A stretch of DNA of 64,000 nucleotides from Octopus sinensis (lineage: Eukaryota), in contig NC_043019.1 in assembly GCF_006345805.1 (NCBI RefSeq), forward strand, positions 11,903,360-11,967,359. Direction: 5' to 3'. Each line of letters opens with the position of its first letter. Position 1 is the first letter of the stretch. A program made the position numbers and the translations under genes. Shown here one piece after another: positions 40,857-53,190 of this stretch. Under the pieces are notes generated by a model. It ran no database searches, was not told the origin of the DNA, and saw only the letters and a list, made by a program, of their open reading frames with translations.

Positions 40857-42589
40857 TATGGTGTAGCCTATTTAAAAAATTTTAGAGATAATAATAATAA
40901 TAATAATAATAACAATAATAATAACAACACCAACAACAGTTTCATATTTTGGCAGCTTCGGGGAAAGGTTAAGTCGATTACATAGACCCCAGTGCTTTCA
41001 AGGTAGATAATCAGAGAAAGACTTGAAAGTCAATATAAGATCATAATACTTCATGTAAAGTAAAGTAAATATAATAAATAATCCATAATCCTTGTCCAGT
41101 GCTGGATCAATCCCAAAATCTAATCATTTTATGCCAGTCGTGAGGCCAAACATCTCTGAAAGTTTCATCTGAATCCATCCAGTGGTTCTTGAAATATCTT
41201 GTCCATGGACAGACAAACAAACAAACACAACTGAAAACAATACCTCTGCCTTTGCAAAGGTGGAGGTAATAATAATAATTCTTTCTACTATAGGCACAAG
41301 GCCTGAAATTTGTGGGGAGGAGATGAGTCGATTACATCGACTTCAGTGCATAACTGGTACTTATTTAATCGACCCCCAAAAGGATGAAAGGCAAAGTTGA
41401 CCTGTGCAGAATTTGAACTCAGAACTTAGCAGCAGATGAAATGCTGTTAAGCATTTTGCCTGGTGTGCTAACAGTTCTGATAGCTTGCTGCTTTAATAAT
41501 AATTAGCACTATGACCCAGCAATGCCGGGTCATAATGCTAGTGTATGCATATACAGCTGCGTGCATGTGCACATACATGCGAGTACTGTCCAAATCTCCG
41601 ACCAATCACATACAGCCAGCTGGCATTCAATTGGCATATCAAGTTTCGGGCATTTTGATTGGGTTTTGGATAGAAGATTTTTTAATGGTTTTGTGGGGTG
41701 ACTGGGGAAATGTAAAGATGTGCACGACCACCCTTGGACGGTTTTGAATGACCTAGAAAGTGCAAGCCCTCTAACTGGTTGGTAACAGATTTATCTTGAT
41801 GGTGGTGGTGGTGTAGAACAGTGCTACTCAAAGTGGTGGTCCGTGGACCGGTGCCAGTCTAAGAGCCATCAGTTGCCAGTACGTGGTGAGTCTCCAGAAA
41901 AGAAAACAACATTATAAGATGCTTATGTAATAGTGTATTATTTGTTTACAAAATAAATATATGATAAAAATATTGTCAACTTTTATTATATTCATTATAC
42001 ATATAGAATGTGAGTGGATCTGGTAGACAGAAACTGAAAGAACCCCCATCGTGGTGTGTATGTGTGTATCTATAAAAAAAAATTTTTTTGTGGTCATTGC
42101 CAGTACCGCCTGACTGGCCCTTGTGCTGGTGGCACGTAAAAAGCACCATTTGAGCGTGGCCGTTGCCAGTACTGCCTGACTGGCCCCTGTGCCGGTGGCA
42201 CGTAAAAGCACCCACTACACTCTCGGAGTGGTTGGCGTTAGGAAGGCCATCCAGCTGTAGAAACTCTGCCAGATCAAGATTCGAGCCTGGTGCAGCCGTC
42301 TGGTTCGCCAGTCCTCAGTCAAAACCGTCCAACCCATGCTAGCATGGAAAACGGACGTTAAACGATGATGATAACGATGATATATTGTTTCTGGTATAAA
42401 CTAATATTACTAAGAAGTATTACCGGTGCCTGACACATTGGGAGGGGGGGGAGAACTGCCAGTACACTACATCAGACAGTTTGAGAAGCACTGGTGTAGA
42501 CTACAAGTGTTGGAACTGTCCTGAAACTGTATCTGTGTGGACTCGATTAAAGTGAAGTGGACGGCTTAAAACAGTGACTTTTCTTTTCT

Positions 42590-42887
42590 TTTTTCTTTTA
42601 CTTGTTTCAGTCATTTGACTGTGGCCATGCTGGAGCACCGCCTTTTAGTCGAGCAAATCAACCCCAGGACTTATTCTTTGTAAGCCTAGTACTTATTCTA
42701 TCGATCCTTTTTGCCGAACTGCTAAGTTACGGGGACGTAAGCACACCAGCATCAGTTGTCAAGCGATGTTGGGGCGGACAAACAGACACACAAACATATA
42801 CGCACACACATATATACACACACACATATACAGACACACACACATACATATATACAGACACACACACACATATACAGACACACACAC

Positions 42888-42937
<50 letters not shown>

Positions 42938-43127
42938 ATATATATACATATACACGCATACATATATACGACGGGCTTCTTTCAGTTTCCGTCTACCAAA
43001 TCCACTCACAAGGCTTTGGTCGACCCAAGGCTATAGTAGAAGACACTTGCCCAAGGTGCCACACAGTGGGACTGAACCCGGAACCATGAGGTTGGTAAGC
43101 AAGCTACTTACCACACAGCCACTCCTG
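42590..43127 (-). mobile_element. SINE family A copy
   Basis: Reverse complement of 7894-8295 with an expanded microsatellite. Confidence 0.8.
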
Positions 43128-44396
43128 ATAGGTCAAAAACAAGAGCTTGTAGCAACACTACTTATGTCATCTTCTTATTACAGTACATTACAACCTCTGT
43201 CGTGACACTTTTATAAGGAGTGAAATTATCTCAAATCACGATATTTTAATGCTTCATATTCCATCCATTTCCTCTGCGCACCATGCCTGGGAGGGTTGTG
43301 GGGCTACAATCCTCAGGCACCTCTTCTATGGGGTCCTATTAGAAGCAACCATCTTTGCACTTTCTCGTTAGATTCCCAAGTATGACCTACTTTATTGTCG
43401 GCATCCTTTTGTCTCAGGAGACAATGGAGTTGCGCATAAACTAATCCAGTCTGGTTTTTACATTTCATGTCCTCTCCAGTTTCCTATCCAGTTCTGCGTG
43501 GGCCTGGGCTAGATGTAAGAAAATCCTGGGTAGCCCAATCGTCAGGATTCCTCTCTCAACCTCGCTGACATAGTCCAAAGGAGTGCAGAGCATTGCGTTT
43601 GGCACCAGCTTGGTTGCAGGAGCTGCTGGTAGAGTGTCGAGTCGAACACAAAACCGCTTATGGGGCTCCACTCCAGATTTCTTTGAAGGTTGTCTCCTTT
43701 CTGTAACCCTGGATAGAGGCCATACTGAGTACCGTCAGCGGGAGCCAGCTGAGCCTGGGACTCATGTTAGGCAGGGTCGTCACTCCCTGAAGTAGTGAAG
43801 AAAATTGCTACCCACTACCTACTAAAATTATAGATAATACCCAACCATTTATTTCTTGGTCTACTCCTAGGTCTCCTGCAAGTTATAGAGGCAGAGTTCA
43901 GGCCCCTCCTCTATATGGTCCTATCAGAAGCAACTGTCATTACACTTTTCAGTTGGATTCCTATGCATGAGTCTATGGATAATATCTCGTTCTTGTTCTA
44001 CCCCTAAGTCTCTTGCCAGTTGGTTTGGCTTAAAGAATCCATTTAGTGAATAGCTGGTTGCCTATTTGCAACACCAGTGATTTGTTAATCACTGTTATTC
44101 TATATTAGTAGAGACGCAAAATTTGTCTAAGCATGCAGTTGATAATGGATACTTGTTACTGATGAGGCTCAAAGAAGCAAAAATCTAGATTTAGCAATTT
44201 CTTTACTGCTACTGGATGCCTTTCATCTACTACTGATATACTTCTGTGCTTTATATACATCTATATGAGAAGCTTTCTCAAGAGGAACACTGCAGTTCCC
44301 TGGCTTTCTACAGTATATCCACATTAAGTAGGATGTACAGAATGCTATTCCGAACCAATACCACTTCCTTCTAAATAATGAATATACATGTGAGTA

Positions 44397-44430
<34 letters not shown>

Positions 44431-44632
44431 GGGAGAGTTTACAAAAAAAACAAAAGACGAAGACAGGTGGTGTACAAAACAAACAGATGTATTAGTATAA
44501 CGCTCAGGAATAGAAAAAGTCTTTTACATTTCGAGTCTATGCTCTTCTACAGAAAGGGACACAGAAAAACCAAGGAGAGAAACAAGGAGAGAAAAAAATG
44601 TGTAGTGGCTAACGATCTATCATGTGTGTATA

Positions 44633-44680
<48 letters not shown>

Positions 44681-44911
44681 TTTAAGCATACAGTACTTAT
44701 TAATGATGTAGTAATGTTTTAAGTTTACCTTATTATAAATGTATAGAACACTTGGTAACAGGCTCTCTCGATGGCACATTCCACTGGTCAGTCATGAGAT
44801 AAATTGCCTATACATCACCGATATACCACAGAATTAGCTGAAATACAGAAAATTTCACACATAATACAAAAAGTCAGAATCTAAAGCACACGAATGACTC
44901 AACTACTATTA

Positions 44912-45311
44912 ATTGTTTCTACTCTAGGCACAAGGCCCGACATTTTTGGGGAAGGGGCCAGTCGATTAGATCGACCACAGTATGCAACTGGTACTTAATT
45001 TTTCGACCCCAAAAGAATGAAAGGCAAAGTCAACCTCGGCAGAATTTGAACTCAGAACATAAAGACAGATGAAATACCTATTTCTTTACTGCCCACAAGG
45101 GGCTAAACACAGAGGGGACAAACAAGGACAGACAAACGGATTAAGTCGATTATATCGACCCCAGTGCGTAACTGGTACTTATTTAATTGACCCCGAAAGG
45201 ATGAAAGGCAAAGTCAACCTCGGCTGAATTTGAACTCAGAATGTAAAGACAGACGAAATACTGCTAAGCATTTCGCCCGGCGTGCTAACATTTCTGCCAG
45301 CTCGCCGCCTT
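44912..45311 (-). mobile_element. SINE family B heterodimer, 14-bp TSD
   Basis: TSD CTCAACTACTATTA at 44898-44911 and 45312-45325. Confidence 0.8.
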
Positions 45312-45981
45312 CTCAACTACTATTATCACTACTACTAACTTACCTATTATCTTTTGCCTATTTCAGTAACAGGACTGTGGCAAAGCTGGGGCACTGCCTT
45401 GAATGGTATAATTGACCAAATCAACACCATTACTATTTTTTAAAGACTGGTACTTATTCTATCGATCTTTTTTTTGCCAACCCACTAAGTGATAGGGATG
45501 TAAACAAACCAACATCAGCTGTCAAGCAGGGGTGGTGGGATAAACACAAACATACACACACACAGATATATATATATAAGAAGGGCTTCTTTCAGTTTCT
45601 GTCTATCAAAATCTGTTCATTAGGCTTTGGCAGTCCAGAGCATAGAAGAAAAATACTTGCCCAAGGTTACATACAATAGGACTGAACCCAGAACTACGTG
45701 GTTGGGAACTGACCTATGAAGGATGAAAGATGATAACAACAACAACAACAATAAAAAGTGACGGTGTAGACCTGTATCAGATAAAGTCTACAACAATGGC
45801 AGAACAAACATATTCTGGGATATGCCAATGCACACAGATTGGGAGGGAGATCAAAGGCTAACTGAACGGATATTATTGCAAAGGACCACCTAGCAAAGAA
45901 AAGCCCCCGATCGACATGTCATTGCAAATAGATGGTATATTTAAAGATGAGGAATTTATTCAACCATTTAGTATTTAAACT

Positions 45982-46152
45982 GGCGCAGGAGTGGCTGTGT
46001 GGTAAGTAGCTTGCTTACCAACCACATGGTTGCGGGTTCAGTCCCACTGCATGGCATCTTGGGCAAGTGTCTTCTGTTATAGCCCCGGGCCGACCAATGC
46101 CTTGTGAGTGGATTTGGTAGACGGAAACTGAAAGAAGCCTGTCGTATATATG

Positions 46153-46183
<31 letters not shown>

Positions 46184-46385
46184 TTGTCCCCCTAGCATTG
46201 CTTGACAACCGATGCTGGTGTGTTTACGTCCCTGTCACTTAGCTGTTCGGCAAAAAAAGAGACCGATAGAATAAGTACTGGGCTTACAAAGAATAAGTCC
46301 CGGGGTCGATTTAATTCGACTAAAGGCGGTGCTCCAGCATGGCCGCAGTCAAATGACTGAAGCAAGTAAAAGAGTAAAAGAGAGT
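45982..46385 (+). mobile_element. SINE family A copy
   Basis: Full-length match to 7894-8295. Confidence 0.8.
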
Positions 46386-46904
46386 ATATCTGGCCCCTGT
46401 ATTCCACCTGTTTAACCCTTTATTGTTTAAACTGGCCTTATCCGGCCCAATATGTTCCACATATTTTATATTCAAAGTGGCCATATCCAGCCTCTCACAC
46501 CTAACCTACATTGACATTCTAAAAATAAACAATCACATCACTGAAACCTCAAAAGCTATGAGATAATGCATGATTAATTCAAAACAATTTGAGTGAAAAA
46601 GTATTACATTTAACAGAGTAATCCGAACACTAAAGGGTTAATGTTCACACAAGTTAGATCTGGGTTCTCACACCTTATTATTATGTTATTCTAAAAATAT
46701 CCAATTACATCATTGAAATTTTGAAACGAGGAGATAATGTGTGATTAATTCAAAACAACGTGGATAAATAACTGAAAATTATTTGAGAATGATCCCTGGG
46801 TCACCATCCATGCAAGAAGTGCAAAAGATTGTATTAACTGGCACGTCGCACATACTTAGAAGAGCATTTTCACTGTGAGAACAATTGCAACCTATCTTTT
46901 CTCT

Positions 46905-47290
46905 TTTACTTGTTTCAGTCATTTGACTGCGGCCATGCTGGAGCACCACCTTTAGTCGAGCAAATCGACCCCGGGACTTATTCTTTGTAAGCCCAGTACT
47001 TATTCTATCGGTCTCTTTTGCCGAACCGCTAAGTTACAGGGATGTAAACACACCAGCATCGGTTGTCAAGCAATGCTAGGGGGACAAACACAGACACACA
47101 CACTTATATATATATATACATATATACGACAGGCTTCTTTCAGTTTCCGTCTACCAAATCCACTCACAAGGCATTGGTCGGCCCGGGGCTATAGCAGAAG
47201 ACACTTGACCAAGATGTCACGCAGTGGGACTGAACCCGGAACCATGTGGTTGGTTAGCAAGCTACTTACCACACAGCCACTCCTGCGCCT
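46905..47290 (-). mobile_element. SINE family A copy, inverted relative to 45982-46385
   Basis: Full-length reverse-complement match. Confidence 0.8.
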
Positions 47291-48753
47291 ATGTTTACAA
47301 AAAATTTTGTTTTCGTTTCCGATTTTTTTTTTCACATAACTTGACTTTGTAAATGAACAATCTGGTGTGTTTATTTTAATGGCCTATCAAAGTATACAGT
47401 GAATTTCTTTGCCCTAGGTTCGAGTAGACACTCGGCAAGAAATGTAAACATTATGGACATCATCAACATAATAATAATAAAAGCAATTAAAAAAAAAACA
47501 TTAACAGAAGACCAGCAATTTTAGTGGATGGGAAATCAGTCAATTACTTCGCCTCAATTATTTGAACTCAGTATATAAAGAGCCAGAAGAAATGTCGTTA
47601 AATATTTTGTTCGACGCACTAACGATTCTACCAGCTTGGAAGTTATAACTTGAAAATTTAAAGGTAGTGAAGAATTTTAACAATTCCATGTTTTAGAAAT
47701 TATTGCTAATATTTTTGGCATTCCTTCGATATAGCTCGACAAAGTCGGGACATTTCACTGGGTTGTGGAGTATAGATAGATATAACGAAACTCTGCCAGC
47801 AATGTCTCATTTTAAACTTTAAGGAAAAAAGAAAGCCTTGCATATTCGTTCTTACCTGTTTCATATGTATATGTAGAAATCAGCAAATTTCCAAGCAGAA
47901 AACAGAATCGAACTGTCATTTGCTTCCACGGAAATACCCGAGGTGATGTGTTTTGATTTTGTCGAGTTATATCGAAAGAATGCCATATTTTTTTTAACGA
48001 TGATAGTATTTAAAACGTTGCCACGAAAGTAGTGTTCATACATATCTAAAAGCTCAATAAATTAAATATGTTCTGATAATAAGAAAAGCTGGGTGAGTGA
48101 GAGTGGTAATGTATACAGTGGAACTATAATGGCAACATTTAAAAGACAGTTCGTACTGGTTAGGTCTGTGAGCAAGGGCTGTGCCTGTGGCATCGACAGG
48201 TCCTTGCATAGCCTTAATGTCCGTTTTTAACAGTTCGAAGTCAACAAATGATACAAGGTAAAGGAGGTACGTACCCTTCTAAGGATGCTGTACAGGAATA
48301 TACAATACTTGAGTATACATACACTTCTCTATTGTTCAGTTCTAACTCTCAAAGTTACCAAAATCTGAGTCGGAGGAGACGTATTTATAAGAGTCCCTAA
48401 TCAACTGAAAGATAGTTTTAGTTGCAGGTTTACTATCGGCCGGTTCGGTTGAGAATATTGTCTTTACAGCAGTCTTAGCATGTTAAAGATTTGAAACCCG
48501 AGGTTTAACTGTGTCGCTTAGAATACTGGTTCATAAAATTGCCAATATTTTTCGTATAATTCAATATATGATGTAGGTCCAAATTCGGAAAACAAAAAAA
48601 GAAGAAAGAAAAAGTTGCAACTCTGATTAACTCGATTTTGTTGCAGCGATAGTTTTTCCAGAGGAAACAATTCCGTCTTTTTTGTTTTTAAGAAAACAAA
48701 TTCAACCCTAATCGAAACGCTCACCAATAATAATCCATAACATAAATATTATA

Positions 48754-49107
48754 TCTTTATATATAAAAGTGAAGTTGTGTGTCTGTCTCCTACGATTTAG
48801 ATTCCTAACTACTCCCACATTTTGCGGTGCAGTTTAACCAAAACCGGGTATCTTATAGTCGTGATTCATATCGAGCCCGTCTGGGTATTAGCGCGCGTCT
48901 ACGATGAGTCTACGATTTAAAAAATAATTTACCATCATTTTTTTCCATTTTAATGCATTTTTTCGCTATTATATAAGGGAAGTAACTCTCTAAAAATGTC
49001 TACGATAAGTCAACGATTTTTTTGCTATTTTTTGGCTATAACTCTCTAAAAATGCTTATATAGTTATTTCCCTTACAAACCCGAGCAACGCCGGGCGATA
49101 CTGCTAG
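48754..49107 (+). mobile_element. Solo copy of the 396-bp Helitron with an internal deletion
   Basis: A|TCTTTATATATAAAAG...CTGCTAG|T. Confidence 0.85.
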
Positions 49108-49786
49108 TTATAACATAAATATTAAATATCTCGAAAAAGGTTGCCCGTGCCTAATGCAGAAATCTTCCTCGTTTAAGAAGGTGACCACATTGCACAGATA
49201 CAATTCTAATTTCCCCACAGCGCTTTTTATGTCTCCATTAATATCTTTTGTATCCGTCTTTACGTTCTGAGTTCAAATTCCGCCGAGGTCGACTTTGCCT
49301 TTTTCATCCTTTCGGGATCGATAAATCAAGTACCAGTTGCGTACTGAGGATCAATCTAATCCCCCCCCCCCGCAAAATTTCGGGGCTTTGTGCTTAGAGT
49401 AGAAAAGAATAATCTTTTGTTTCCTCAAATATTTAAATATTGCTACACGAAAAGGACCGTCAAGTACTCGTTTAGAAAGATTTTGTTTCAGATCAGCTTC
49501 TATAAGTAAATAAATAAATACATTCTTGTGTTGATAGGTTTATATATACTCCGAGTCCAACAGTTAAAAACGAATTTACATAGACATATACATACAAATA
49601 ACACACACACACACAGTATATATATATAAATTTATAAATAAGGATAATATCGATCTTATCAAGTGGCCAGCATGGGAATAAATACCATACAAAGGTAATG
49701 ATTGTTTAAAACTATAAATAAGGGTATATGAGAGATACCACCATACCTCTATTTCGGCATGGTGGTATCTCTCAGATACCCTTATT

Positions 49787-49820
<34 letters not shown>

Positions 49821-49847
49821 ATATATATATGCTGGAGTACTACCTTT

Positions 49848-49940
49848 AAAAGCACCGGTTCTCGTCCGATCACCGAAGTTAAACAACGATGAACCTAGTG
49901 AGTACTTAGGTGGGTGACCGCTTGGGAAACCCAGGTGCTG
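49848..49940 (+). pseudogene. 5S rRNA-derived segment (5'-truncated, diverged) fused to a SINE family A tail
   Basis: AAAGCACCGGTTCTCGTCCGATCACCGAAGTTAAACAACG...AGTACTTAGGTGGGTGACCGCTTGGGAAACCCAGGTGCTG follows invertebrate 5S rRNA; the native 5' end and T-run terminator are absent. Confidence 0.85.
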
Positions 49941-50031
49941 GAAGCGCCTCACACCTTTTAAAGGTAGTGCTCCAGCATGGCCGCAGTCAAGTGACTGAAA
50001 CACGTAAACGAGTACATGCAAATATTACACA

Positions 50032-50080
<49 letters not shown>

Positions 50081-51220
50081 ATATGTATAAGACCGCACGT
50101 TAAGTAGAGGAGACGTAATGAAATCACCCAATCGTGAGGAAGATTAGCCGTTAAAGAGACAAAAGATTATTCTTTTCTACTCTAGGCACAAGGCCCGAAA
50201 TTTGGGGGGGGGGTTAAATCGACCCAGTAAGCAACTGGTACTTAATTTATCGACCCCGAAAGGATGAAAGGCGAAGTCGACCTCGGCGGAATTTGAACTC
50301 AGAACGTAAAGACGGAGACAAAAGATATTAATGGAGATATAAAAAGCGCTGTGGGAAATTCGAGTGAATTGTGTCTGTGCAATGTGTTCGCCTTCTTAAC
50401 GAGAAAGCTTCTGCATTAAGCCTGGGCAACCTTTTTCGAGGTATGACTCATTATCAGGTGAGACGCATTACTAAAAGACAAAAAGAAATTGAGGTAATAT
50501 TTCGTTAGGTGTCATTCAGAAAGTCCCGCGGGTCGCAGTTTGCCCATGACGGCTCTACTACCTGGTTGCAGGAAATGTTAGAAATAGCACCCAAACCTCC
50601 CTCAAATCAACACACCTACTGCCTTAAAATAGAGAAGGCACCGAAGAAGACAATGTAGTTGTCACTGGTGCACGACGAGATGGTCATAGCTGGGAATACC
50701 TATGATCGTAAGGGGCTGCGCGGGTCGGGACTGAGCCGAGGGTTTAAGCAACTAAAACTTTTAGTGTATCCACAGTAAGGGCTCTTTTTTTTTTTAATAA
50801 CAATAAAACATTTTACCTGGGACGGAAAGAAGCGTCAGAGTTTAAATGTGTATCACCGCATCAACAGAATTTCGTCTTTTAAGGGAAAGCAGTAGGGGTT
50901 TCAGGAATGAGAGAGAAGAATTCGTAACAGAAACCCAAGCTTCATAAGCGGCGTGGGGTGGGGGGGACAGTTACTGTGGTGAGAACAAAGCTACTCACTT
51001 ATTGCTAGTATCGACTTTCGTATATTCTGAGGCTACTTAGATCCGATATCTTTTGTCGGCGATCCTTCGGTATAGGTACCGTAAGTACCGGAAAGTGGGG
51101 TTTGTTTACATTTCTGAAGATAACATAAACCCTTGGAGGATCTTTTCGGTTTGAACGGCAGTTTGTAACATAAAACCGAAAAGATCCCAACCCTTTTCTC
51201 CCACCCCTAATCCAAACCCC

Positions 51221-51259
<39 letters not shown>

Positions 51260-51438
51260 CTTTCTTGAAATGTATCCGGTACTTCCGGTACCTATACCGA
51301 AGTTACGCCCTTTTTTCTTTTCATCTTTTACTTGTCTGTATCATTGGACTGCGACCATGAAAGACTTCAGTGAAACAGATCGACCCCTATTTCTAGTTTC
51401 TATCCGTCGCTCTTTACGCCGAACCGCTAAGTTACAGA

Positions 51439-51730
51439 GATGTAAACACACCAACACCGGTTGTCAAGCGGTGGGAGGGACAAAACAGCATAGACACACA
51501 AACGTGTGTGCCTGTGTGTGTGTGTGTGTGTGTTACAGAGATGTAAACACACCAACACCGGTTGTCAAGCGGTGGGAGGGACAAAACAGCATAGACACAC
51601 AAACGTGTGTGCCTCTGTGTGTGTGTGTGTGTACAAAGATGTAAACACACCAACACCGGTTGTCAAGCGGTGGGAGGGACAAAACAACATAGACACACAA
51701 ACGCGTGTGCCTGTGTGTGTGTGTGTGTGT
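51439..51730. repeat. Triplicated ~100-bp segment within a SINE-A-like body
   Basis: GATGTAAACACACCAACACCGG at 51439, 51540 and 51638. Confidence 0.8.
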
Positions 51731-52309
51731 GAGACGAGCTACTTTCAATTTCTGTCTACCAAATCCGCTGAAAAGACTTTGGTCAGCCTGGGGCTATAAT
51801 GGAAAACACCCAAGGTACCGTGAAGTGGGACTGAAGCCGGAAAAAACGTAGCTGGGAAGTTTCTCAACCACACGACCAAGCTTACGCCTTGTGGATAAAT
51901 AAAGAAAAAAATGTTGTATGGAAATTATGATGACTTACATTGGCTAAAATGATTTACTGAAATTGTTAAAATTCACGATTTGTAGAATTCTGGTGATTAC
52001 TATCACCATAGTAACAGGCGGCTTCTTACGATTGATGCTAATGATACTTTCGTATTTTTTGGCTCTTTTTAAATTTTGATATGACTGTAAACAAAAGTGA
52101 CTACTACTACTACAGCTGCTACTACTACTACTGCTGCTGCTACTACTACTACTACTGCTGCTGCTTCTTCTACTACTACTACTACTGCTGCTGCACTGCC
52201 AATATGTATGTGTGTGCGCGCAAAATTTTTTAAAAACATTAAATTCCGATATAATCACTATCTACACATTCTGAAAGGTATTTGTAGAAAAATTTCCCTA
52301 AAAGATATC

Positions 52310-52597
52310 GGTACTATTTAAGAAGAGTGGTCCCGGTGCGCGCACTTGCGTACTCGCGCATCCGCGCTAGCTAGTCGTGACTTATTTACGTGTGACTGGT
52401 AGACAATCGGCTTAATTTCTGGTAGATATGAAATCATTTATAATACTCGTATATTACGTGGTGAGATACTGTCATTGTGTTTTTGTTTTATTTACTTTGC
52501 TAGGTAGCCGTTGTAGGATCGACTAGTCACGACTAGCTAGCGCGGATGCGCGAGTACGCGAGTGCGCGCACCGGGCCCACTCTTCTTAAATAGTACC
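52310..52597. mobile_element. MITE with 73-bp TIRs and 8-bp TSD, Merlin-like
   Basis: TIRs 52310-52382 and 52525-52597 (GGTAC...GTACC); TSD AAGATATC at 52302-52309 and 52598-52605. Confidence 0.75.
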
Positions 52598-53044
52598 AAG
52601 ATATCCATTTTTCTGAAAGATATAAGGAAACAAAGTCGGACTGCTAGGCACACTTGTGTACGTGTACCTACAAACACACACACACACAGCGAGGCACAAT
52701 GAGGTGTTTTTACTGCAGTTTTGACTATGAGAAAGAAATATTTTTTTTACACATGTTCACTATCTTACAAAAACTGCATCAGCTAAACAAACGTCCTTCT
52801 CTAAATGAATTGAAAACACTATAAACATATTCAGAACCCCTATTTCAGAAAATTATTACCGTTCTCCTTGAACATACATATCAAAGAAAAATTAAGCTGG
52901 GGCAAAATGAGTAAACCAAACTCATTCACTTCAATATCAATCCTTAGACATCAGAAAGATCAGAAATGCATGCCACAAAAATTTGAAATACTTCAAATGA
53001 AATAGGATCAGGAGGAAATGGCGCATGACATGCAATTAACGATC

Positions 53045-53190
53045 TGCTTGAGTGGCTCTCTTCCCGATATCTTTTACGCACAATGTAGTTCAAAGAAGAA
53101 ATGACCGATATCCAATCTGCAGTGGAGAAGAAGGCTAGCCACTGGATTTGGTTAAAAAGAGACGATGAGCGATGGCTAGAAGGATATTGA
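53045..53190 (+). pseudogene. C-terminal fragment of an RLE-type non-LTR retrotransposon ORF (HERO/NeSL-like)
   Basis: DIQSAVEKKASHWIWLKRDDERW* resembles the AEKASxWxWxKR..W terminus as recalled; in-frame stop upstream. Confidence 0.45.

Noticed and set aside
43465-43795. GC-richer short ORFs (possible retroelement gag/ORF1)
   Set aside because: Flanks share repeats with 16150-16400, so it is probably a degraded element, but no protein motif could be recognised.
49848-49940. Functional 5S rRNA gene
   Set aside because: Lacks the first ~20 nt and the T-run terminator, carries several substitutions, and is not in a tandem array.
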